This document shows positions 1 to 11,439 of a stretch of DNA of 11,982 bases, piece by piece. Origin of the DNA: Thermodesulfobacteriota bacterium. Its GTDB lineage: Bacteria; Desulfobacterota_D; UBA1144; Nemesobacterales; JAJCZQ01. Made by a program: the position numbers and the translations under genes. Below the pieces are notes generated by a model. That model was not told where the DNA came from, did no database searches, and saw only the letters and a program-made list of their open reading frames with translations. The stretch's first letter is position 1. The number at the start of each line of letters is the position of its first letter. Where the stretch lies: assembly GCA_965203965.1 (NCBI GenBank), contig CBDBDR010000007.1:1-11982 (forward strand), read 5' to 3'.

Positions 1-1664
1 TGACACACTTGAAACCTGAATACAATGTTATCATAACACAACAGACCAACAAAATATAAGTTGCTGCTCTGCTAGTAACATCAGCACAAAAAATGGCTGA
101 GTCGTCTGACAGTAGTAGCTCAGTTCAAGAGTGCTTCCGGCGAACAAGGCATGTCAGTGCCAGCTGGAAGGTGCTGGGAGGCTTGTTGGGCTTGTCGGAT
201 AACCAACTGGAAGTCATCAAGCAGAACAACCCGCACAGTGTAGACGAAAGGCTCATGAAAACACTAGATACCTGGCTGAAGTCAAACCCAGACAACCCAG
301 AGGAGCAGCTAGACAGAGCTCTAAAGGAGGTTCATCCAGCAGGTATGGTCTAGCATTGCTACTAGTAAATCCATTGCTGCACTGATCTCTCTCTACAGGC
401 AACACTCAAGAGACTGTATGGATGACAGTTAATATACAGAAGAGTATCGCAAGTCTCAAGCTTGAGTTCACGAATATAGCCACAAAGGCATTTGAGGTCC
501 TCAAGAACCAACAACCCAATGCTGGCAGTCTCACTGTATGGCTGAATGAACTACTCAAGGGAGATCTAAAAGAGCCCCTCATGTGTGAAAACATAGCTAC
601 AAACCATGAACAACTGTTCTTACTGTTGCAGAAGAAGTGGAGTTTTACCAACTCTGATATCCTTGAGCAACTAATCAACTACCTGGACAACAAGAGCCTC
701 CAGCAGAGCATAAGAGACTATCACAAGAACTACAAGAGCTTCTGCCAGTCGTTGAAGTTCAGTGAGAAATCACTGGAAAAGGGAATGCACTTTAGTGATC
801 ACGATCCCTCCAGACCTTGTCTCGTTCTGATCATTGACTCCGGTCCTATGACCCTCCAAGAGATTTATTTGTTCTTGGATAATGTGTTCGGTATTTACAA
901 GCGCTACATGAGGGTCCATAAGATAGAGCCCGGCTGCATCAAGGTGACCTTGCAGTTTCCACTAGACATGAAGAAGCTGATTGAAGCATGCGTGGACGAA
1001 AAGTCAGAGTTCACACAGAAGTACAAAGAAGTAAAGATCGAGGGACCAATGACAGCACCGCCAGAAGATCAATTCTCCAGCTGAGCCCGTCATAATGCAT
1101 AGTGTCATGTTAATGTCTTCCATACACAGAATATTCGAACTCTCTCAAGTACATGTGTGTGTGTGCGTGAGTTATACACGCTTTCAAAACAAAATTATGT
1201 TTCAAAAACTTATTACAACAGGCAGTATAGCACTAGAAAGCCTGCCGATTATATAACGGCTGCATTATATAATTGATTTGTTTACTGATACGAATTGCAA
1301 GTGTACGTAATAGTACCTACCCATTGTTGGCTGTATGTCTGTGGTGTCTTCCGATGCAAGTGTCGCCAGGATGGTGGATTTCCCTGCTCCCTGTGACCCT
1401 ACACACAACACTGAGAATTCTGGTCTCTTTGTTGCCTCATCATCTCCACCACCACAGCATGCACGACACACACGCCTGCAACACTGTGAAGAGAAGTGTG
1501 TAGTGTTTACATAGCTAGGCGTGGTCAAAATGACTCGTGTAAACAAACAATGCGGTTTCGCTTACCAGTGATATGGCTATTCTGCAGACAGCAAATGCAA
1601 AAGCACAGCAATTGCACCTTCCTGAGGTCCTAGTAGCATTCTCATCATGACCTGAAGAAGACAT
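1..1664 (-). CDS. ARL15: ARL15-like Arf-family small GTPase, 5' part. Exons 1664-1566, 1483-1321 and 15-<1; the gene continues beyond the left edge.
   Basis: Spliced product is MSSSGHDENATRTSGRCNCCAFAFAVCRIAISL|CCRRVCRACCGGGDDEATKRPEFSVLCVGSQGAGKSTILATLASEDTTDIQPTMG|FKCV. It has a P-loop (GSQGAGKS), the Arf switch-I motif PTxGF, and a Cys-rich N-terminus followed by RPEF, as in ARL15 (CC...RPEYDLVCIGLTGSGKT). GT-AG introns at 1565-1484 (phase 0) and 1320-16 (phase 1) are phase-consistent. Confidence 0.88.
93..1084 (+). CDS. Death-domain protein of 311 aa (exons 93-342, 399-1084), with a helical middle region and a putative C-terminal TRADD-N-like domain
   Basis: ORFs 93..353 and 422..1084 join in frame across a 56-nt intron at 343-398 (GCAG|GTATGG ... 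ctctctacag|G). Exon 1 has the death-fold pattern WKVLGGLLGLSDNQLEVIKQNNP..LMKTLDTWL. An in-frame TAA at 57-59 supports the ATG at 93. The C-terminal domain call is inferred from the VHKIEPGCIKVTLQFP motif. Confidence 0.82.
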
Positions 1665-1870
1665 AATTGATTTTCGGCGGCAAACGTTTTCCGTCTATGA
1701 GTCTTACTCCGGATATTGATATCTCACCGGCCGGACATGCAATTTTCACGTGATCAAGCGTCAGTGACGTTTTTTATTGGGCAAGGCCAAGGGCAAGGCT
1801 CGACATTGTGATCGTCTTGAAGCAGACTGAAGCACTGCTTACCCAGTTATCTAGTGGCTGTATTCCAAAG
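1665..1870. promoter_or_regulatory. Putative bidirectional promoter between ARL15 and endophilin-A
   Basis: The divergent ATGs at 1664 (-) and 1960 (+) are only ~300 bp apart. The interval is CpG-rich, with TCACGTGA at 1746-1753, CGTCA/TGACG half-CRE sites at 1759-1769 and ATTGG at 1776-1780. Confidence 0.6.
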
Positions 1871-1940
1871 GTAAGCACTTGTGTAATACTCGTAGTAAGT
1901 TTATCTGTTAATTTTCGCTCCTCTCTGTCCTAATGTGTAG
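1871..1940 (+). other. Probable 5'UTR intron of endophilin-A
   Basis: AAG|GTAAGC donor at 1871; pyrimidine tract ending in TGTAG at 1940, 19 nt before the ATG. Confidence 0.6.
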
Positions 1941-1959
1941 CTGTTAAAGTTCGTTAAGG

Positions 1960-5075
<3,116 letters not shown>

Positions 5076-5452
5076 CTGCAAAGACCAATGCTTTTAGTTT
5101 GATACATTATCCATGACATACTAACTGGTTGTTGCCTGGCTACTGATTTTTGTAAACATAGCATTTAGCGCTGTTTTTTTGATTGTAACAATTATTGCTT
5201 TTGTTAATTATTTTTATGAAAAATTAATTATGACCACACCCACCATCACTAGCAATAACACATTTGTAACTCATCATACGTCAACACTTTTTGTTTTTGA
5301 ATGATTTGGATACTCGACATGGTTTAGTGCTTCTTGTGTAGAGTGTGTTTATCAATTCAGCTGAAGCTTGCATGCAGTCTGACTATAAGCACACAATTGC
5401 TGCAGGCGCTAGGCTAGTTTTTGAGTTTTTTTTTCAGCTACTCTGATGAGAC

Positions 5453-6151
5453 ATGATGCCGCCTTCAAACAAAACAGCAAAGATTGTTGGTTCTGTGTTC
5501 CTTTCTCTAGGGAGTCTATCCATGGTGGGATTCCTGGCTCCACTGATTACTTTTACAGTATGGCGAAGATCATTATTGTACGCACAAGTGTATCCTCATA
5601 AATATTATTTTTATTGATAATACTTTTGCAGTCTTCATAGTCCACGTGCTCTATTCCAAATCATACCCCAGTATCTTGCAGTGGTTAGCTATGCAATCGT
5701 GACAGTATGCAAGTACTACGAAAATGTAATCAACGATATGTCGCTCTTGTTGAGTTGTTGTATCCTAATAAATACATGCACATTAATCCACATTTGAACC
5801 TTAACTATGCTATTCAAGAAATGTTGTGCTGATATAGCGTTCTTGTTGATTGCTGGATCGTCTGTTGTATTTCCTCTTATTTATGTGGTCTATGACGGCC
5901 CGATCTCTCATCCATGGGATGTCATGATGCTGTTCCAGCTTCTTAAATTTATTCCTGTCATCACTTGCCATGTAAGTGCAACATTTTCATGCTACAGCCG
6001 TTTGTATTGTGTATTGTAGGTTGCATGTATGCTGTTGTGGAAATACTGTGACTTTCCTGGTTCAGACATCAATCATGAGGCAGCACCAGATATTCACCAG
6101 AGTAGATCTAGCGATCATGCTCTTCTGCTCAATACAATTATTGACAATTAA
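5453..6151 (+). CDS. Uncharacterised 4-TM membrane protein, paralog A (~167 aa). Exons 5453-5577, 5632-5725?, 5819-5971, 6020-6151. The exon-2 donor is uncertain and this may be a pseudogene.
   Basis: Product is MMPPSNKTAKIVGSVFLSLGSLSMVGFLAPLITFT..IPQYLAVVSY..KCCADIAFLLIAG..ITCH|VACMLLWK. It is homologous to the genes at 8428-9132 and 9804-10532, with the same intron layout. Exon 3 is 153 nt, as in paralog C. Confidence 0.65.
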
Positions 6152-6313
6152 CTCTTTCAGTGTGACGCATTTAGTGCTCGATTTATTTTAGTGAGAGTAA
6201 AGATGTATTGTAATGTAGTGAAACTTGCTGTAATTTCAGTCACATAACCACATTCCAATTCTTAGTATTGGGTTCCAGTCTTGGGCATCGTAAGTCTCCG
6301 CCCACATGTCAAA

Positions 6314-8204
6314 ATGCCTGGCATCGTTTTCCTCAAAGAGGTCCATGGACGTTCAGCTAAGACAGAGCTCACCGTCAGTGCTGGGGTGGAAGAAATGCTC
6401 GTGAGTGACCTGAAAGCTGCCGTTGAAAAAAAATTGGGCATTCCAGCTGACGACCAAAGTGTGTTTTCGACAATTCACAAAGTTTTCATCATCATTCTCC
6501 TCATTTCTAGTGTTGTTGTATGCTGGTCGTGTAATGAAGCACGGAAAGAGACTACAACACTATGAGATAGTCAGTGGAGTAACTGTATTTATTCTAAGGA
6601 AGTGTGGTATGAGACTGTCTCTGGCTGCGTTACGTGCTAACTATCTCTTTTCATTTTCTAGTAAAACCTGTCGTTGACAACACTGCCAGTGGGCCTACAA
6701 CAGCCTCACGTGTGTTTCATCTGCTACAAAATGAGAGGCTCCAGCATTTGGTAACAAAGCAGCTATACACGAGGAATACTATATTAATGCAAATTAAAAT
6801 TTTCCCATTCTTTATAGCTGTCTAATGTTTTCCGTGATCCTGTGCTTGTTCAGAGACTATTGAGGGGCTCTCCAATACAGAGCAGTCATCAACTGATCAA
6901 TAGTAAGAACATGTAACAACGGTATTTTAGATATTTTTTCTCCCATACAGATATGTTGCATGATCCTGCTTTCTATGGTAGCATGAGTGATTCGAATTCA
7001 CTTCTCAAGTAAAATTGATAGTAATAATTATTTTTTTGCACTTTATGCACTGTGTGTGTGTAGGTATTTGGAGAGCCATTCCGAGGAGGCCGGTCTGATG
7101 GAGTCGTTGCTGCTGACTTTTCGAGCTAGTATGGCAGCAGAGAGAGGCTGTTCACCAGAGGATATAGAGGAGGAGGAACTGGTTGACATGTTAGAGCAGG
7201 GTATTGAAGAGGAGGAGGAGGAAGAGGCAATGGATCAGGTTAGATAGAAACTACTCATAGCTGGTTAATGTGTCCTTGTTTGAATAGTTGAGTAATCCTG
7301 ACTTGTATCAACATGGTCAGCAACAAGGCTCAGCTGATCCTCCACCGTCGTATGAGTCTGTAGCCTCTAGTTCTGCTTCACAAGGTAACTCATAGTCGGT
7401 CTGTGTGCTCATAGTGTAGTTCATGCTTATTCTAGCTCCACCAACAACCATTACACAAAGCATGCTGGCGTCTGCATTGTCAGCAACTCTTTCATCTAGC
7501 CAGTCTTCCTCCATGAACAGCCTGTATGGAGGAGCAGGTGCTAGTCCTCAGGGTGGTCCAACCAGTCTACCAACCAGATCAAGCACTGACGACAGTGGCT
7601 CTAATAGTCTTCATGTACCTCCTCCAGCTAGTCTCTCACGTCTGCGTTCATGGCCTGCTAGTAGTCCCAGCAGCCTACCTGAGCACTCATCAAGTGGTCC
7701 CCAAAGCCACTCTTCATCTCACTCCGCCAGCTCTTCAGGAGGAGGAGGCATCTCTCAGGGTATGCTACAGCAAGCTCTACAATCAATACAGGTAACAAGA
7801 GAAGACGCCGTTTCAGATAATGCACATGTATTCTTGTTCCCGACTCAGCCATCATCTCTGACTGTTAGCCAGCAAGCTCCTCCTCCTCTTCCTCCACCTC
7901 GCCAGCCTCAATCAGCTACTGCTCACCGGTTTCAAAGCCAGGTATACTACTACTATTTTCGATAGCTATACTGCTATACCTACTTTAGCCAAAATGGTGT
8001 TATTTTTGTTTGATTTTAGTAGAGCAGTTTGGTTAAAAATACAAATGCCTTTGCTCCAGTATCTCCGTAATAGTTATTTAGTTTGTGATCATTGTATAGG
8101 TACAACAGCTGCGTCAGATGGGAATCTCAAATGAGGCGGCATGTTTGCATGCTCTAGAAGCAACAGATGGAGATGTGGAATCTGCTATAGGACTGTTGCT
8201 CTGA
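6314..8204 (+). CDS. UBL7: Ubiquitin-like protein 7 (UBL-UBA), ~432 aa. Exons 6314-6458, 6511-6606, 6662-6750, 6818-6902, 6951-7008, 7064-7238, 7288-7384, 7436-7791, 7849-7941, 8100-8204.
   Basis: N-terminal UBL (VSDLKAAVEKKLGIPADDQMLLYAGRVMK..VTVFILRK), UBL7-type ITQSMLASAL and ISQGMLQQALQ motifs, Ser-rich linker and C-terminal UBA (QQLRQMGISNEAACLHALEATDGDVESAIGLL). All introns are phase-consistent. Confidence 0.9.
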
Positions 8205-8427
8205 CATCCACTAACTCTCATGCTATTATGTTGCTATTCGAAAACATATTACAACAAAGCACTAAGCATTGGTGTATTCATTACTATTCAATGCACACTG
8301 AAGCCTACTCTATTATCAACTGATTACTTATTTATGGTTATAGTGTATAAAACACTATGCATTAATGAAATCAAGATTGGTTATAGTTAGGAATTATTGC
8401 AGGAACTGAAAACTAATAATAATTAGT

Positions 8428-9132
8428 TCAGTATCTCTCAAGTTCAAATCCTTGTTCATTGTTGATGTGATGATCTGATGCAGCAGTTTGAGAGCACCTC
8501 CACGCCAGCATACTTGAAAACTATGAGTATGTACATGTGTGTAAAAGTACAATGCCGCATTCATACATATCGTGTGTGACTCACATAGCAAATTATGATG
8601 ATTATAATGGCGACCAGTTCACCAACAGCAAAAGATGACAAAACATCAAGTGCACTGATAGATACAAGAAGTAGTGCCAATACAGATGCTCCAGCCGATA
8701 ACAGAAACACAAGATCTGCAAAGAGTTTCTATTCAAGTTAAAAATAGTAACATTTTGAACAATTATTTGCACAAGGCCCGGACTAGAAGGATACAACAAC
8801 ATCAATCCAGCGACGTTTGGTCATGTGTATCTGCAATAATCCAAAAATAGATCCCAGTTTGTAGCTGACGACAACGAGATACTGGGGCGCAAATATCGCT
8901 GCGCCTCCTCCTTGCAAGATGCCAGATAAGCTGTATAACTTGAATTTAATTACAGCCGCTTACATGATCATGCTGTATTCTATTGCTGAGCCTACCGTAC
9001 GACTACTACTTTGGCAATGACGGCTAACGGTATTGTTAGATAGATGAGTATGGCGAGAAAAGCCAGCACAAATACATTCCCGAAAATAAGAATAGCAGAA
9101 GCTGTAATTTTCGCTGCTTTTCTAGAACACAT
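8428..9132 (-). CDS. Uncharacterised 4-TM membrane protein, paralog B, 169 aa. Exons 9132-8996, 8930-8795, 8728-8585, 8520-8428.
   Basis: Intact spliced frame MCSRKAAKITASAILIFGNVFVLAFLAILIYLT..APQYLVVVSY..RRWIDVV|KLFADLVFLLSAGA..ICY|FSSMLAWRCSQ..GFELERY*. Intron phases are 2, 0, 0. Confidence 0.8.
8729..8794 (-). other. Putative U12-type GT-AG intron (paralog B)
   Basis: 5' site GTATCCTTC; branch-like TTTTAAC about 10 nt from the AG; no pyrimidine tract between them. Confidence 0.7.
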
Positions 9133-9211
9133 GGTCTTACAACAGTAGTGAAACCTTTGTCGCAAATAAACTATGTGATCCTGACGTGAGTACATGTATG
9201 TTCTATATTTG

Positions 9212-9243
9212 CATGTACGCCATTTCCATGTACGCCATTTCCA
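9212..9243 (+). repeat. 15-bp tandem duplication (CATGTACGCCATTTC)x2 upstream of paralog B
   Basis: Read directly; each unit reads AAATGGCG (YY1-like) on the minus strand. Confidence 0.85.
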
Positions 9244-9803
9244 GTAACTTCAATAGTACCGCCAAACATTACTACCACGCCACCAGAAATGGTATCACGA
9301 AAATGAAACTTCACTTTCAGTAGCGATGTTTTCAAGTTTCAGCTATACATGTATGTCTGAGTCGACACTGCATTTAATGAAATGGTTATAATTGCGAAAT
9401 CAATTCATGCCCACTCCACACTGTTATGTTACATTGTGCAAATCCAGAAGATGCATGCAGTTGAAAAAGTCGAAAAGACTCTGACTTCCAACAGAATTAT
9501 TGATATTAGTGATCAATATCCATGTACATTACACAAGCATCGAGCACTCACATTCGTTCAAACAACTCAGTGCTGTATACTAGGAATTTTCTGCACTGAT
9601 AGTCAAAATGCATGCATGCATGGATCATATTTATGGTTGCTATGACACATGTGATGCAATCTGCTGATCAAACAAACATTGTATGCACACTGAAGCCTCC
9701 ACTGAAAATTCTAGGTACTTATACAGTTTGTAAATATTATTGTAATCAAATTTAAGTCTGTTACTTGAATTTAGGTGGACCATTACTCAATCACAAGTTT
9801 GCA

Positions 9804-10532
9804 CTATATCTTTGAAGTTTCTTGTAGTTCAAATCCTTCCTTGTTGCTAGTGTCCATCTGATGATCTGATGTATCAGTAGCTGGTTCTTCTTGAGAACAT
9901 TTCCACACCAGTAGGCTAGAAAACTGTATAATGTTTGTATAAGGAAATAGAAGACATTGATGAGCATTGCTGGCTTACATAGCAACTAATGGCGATAAAA
10001 AGGATGATCAGATCAGCCGCTGGGATGAGAGAACTAATCGAGACAATGGAACCGGTTATGACAATAGCAAAGACTAGTATCAGCATCGTTGCTCCAGCTG
10101 ACAGCAGAAACACTAGATCTGCAAAAAGTTTCTATTTTGCAATGTTAAAGACAACAGCATTCATTAGTACATGTATGACGTCATATACTCTAGTACCAGA
10201 CACTACAAGGAAGGATACAACAACATCAATCCAGCGACGTTTGGTCATGTGTATCTGCAATAATCCAAAAATAGATCCGATCTTGTAGCTGACGATCATG
10301 AGATACTGGGGTACGAGTAGCACTGCACCTCCTCCCAACAAGACGGCGAGAAATGACCTGCCGAAGTTGATCACGTCATACGTATAAAAGTTTAAATTGC
10401 GTTTTTTTACCTGTGGATAGGTGATAACAGCGTTGTGTAAAAGATGAGGAAGGCGAGAAATCCCCATAAGAATACATTCCCGACAACAAGGAGAATAGAT
10501 GATGCGATTTTTGCCGCTTTTCTCGAACACAT
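9804..10532 (-). CDS. Uncharacterised 4-TM membrane protein, paralog C, 177 aa. Exons 10532-10411, 10357-10219, 10131-9979, 9923-9804.
   Basis: Intact spliced frame MCSRKAAKIASSILLVVGNVFLWGFLAFLIFYT..VPQYLMIVSY..RRWIDVV|KLFADLVFLLSAGA..ISCY|FSSLLVWKCSQ..GFELQETSKI*. Same intron phases as paralog B. Confidence 0.82.
10132..10218 (-). other. Putative U12-type GT-AG intron (paralog C)
   Basis: 5' site GTATCCTTC; branch-like CTTTAAC (10150-10144) about 13 nt from the AG; A-rich 3' end without a pyrimidine tract. Confidence 0.72.
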
Positions 10533-10578
10533 CGTCTTTGTCGTTTGCTCAACTTTACAGATGAATGATCTGATCGAT

Positions 10579-10897
10579 GTTTTCATAACATTGTAATACA
10601 AAGTAGTGTCGTCTGTATTGGTATAGCCTGAATATGGGTTTTGGTAGACATGCTTCATTTGTTATTTATACCTGGTGTATATGCAGCTAACAGCAGTGTG
10701 TATGTGTCTATCAGTATTGGTACTATTATCATTGTGTTAGTAGTGTTGTGTGCTAGTAATGCTCTCAGGACTTGCTAGGAGACTATGTTAGTGAGTGAGT
10801 CAGTTTACTTGGCTGAGTTTTTATGCTTCGGTGGGCGGAGTCACCAGACGCATACAGTAGTCTGTATGTTTTTACCAGTAGTCGTTTTATTACTCAA
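10579..10897 (+). repeat. Copy B of the ~320-bp direct repeat
   Basis: ~92% identical to 2611-2932, same orientation. Confidence 0.95.
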
Positions 10898-11234
10898 AAG
10901 AAAATAAAAAGATTTCTATCGAAATCAAATGGATGTAGGGTTGTGAAATCTACTACTGGTCTACAATGTAATCTAACAAGGAACAAGTATGGAATGGTAA
11001 CACGATTGACTTGCTAACAGACCATAGATCCCTACATCAGTGGCTGCTGTGGTTGGCTATAGCTAGTTCAGCTAGTTGTTGTTGACAGCCACTGATGTAG
11101 GGATCTATGGTCTGTTAGCAAGTCAATCGTGTTACCATTCCATACTTGTTCCTTGTTAGATTACATTGTAGACCAGTAGTAGATTTCACAACCCTACATC
11201 CATTTGATTTCGATAGAAATCTTTTTATTTTCTT
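10898..11234. repeat. Long perfect inverted repeat (foldback or MITE-like): 149-bp arms at 10898-11046 and 11086-11234 with a 39-bp spacer
   Basis: Base-by-base comparison shows the right arm is the exact reverse complement of the left arm. Confidence 0.97.
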
Positions 11235-11439
11235 GTTTGTGTCCTTTTTTCTTTTTCAGTGAAGTGCAGTTCAATATCATGCACGTACTGAGCCGTCTTT
11301 GTCATGGTTTCCACCATTGGTTTAGTATTCCAGTTGCTGATGGCTTTTCTTTATTATTAACAATTTTAAACTTGTAGCTAAAAATGATTGTTGTGATGTA
11401 AGCATCAGTTCGCCTACGCATGCATGCAGTGCATACGAG

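Noticed and set aside
5443..5475. CTGATGAG hammerhead-like core
   Set aside because: No stem II or GAAA partner follows, and it lies just before the paralog A start codon.
9989..10288. + strand 99-aa ORF and similar shadow ORFs (406..678, 1273..1503, 4850..5047, 7317..7514, 7526..7795, 7658..7855)
   Set aside because: Antisense or alternate-frame shadows of better-supported exons.
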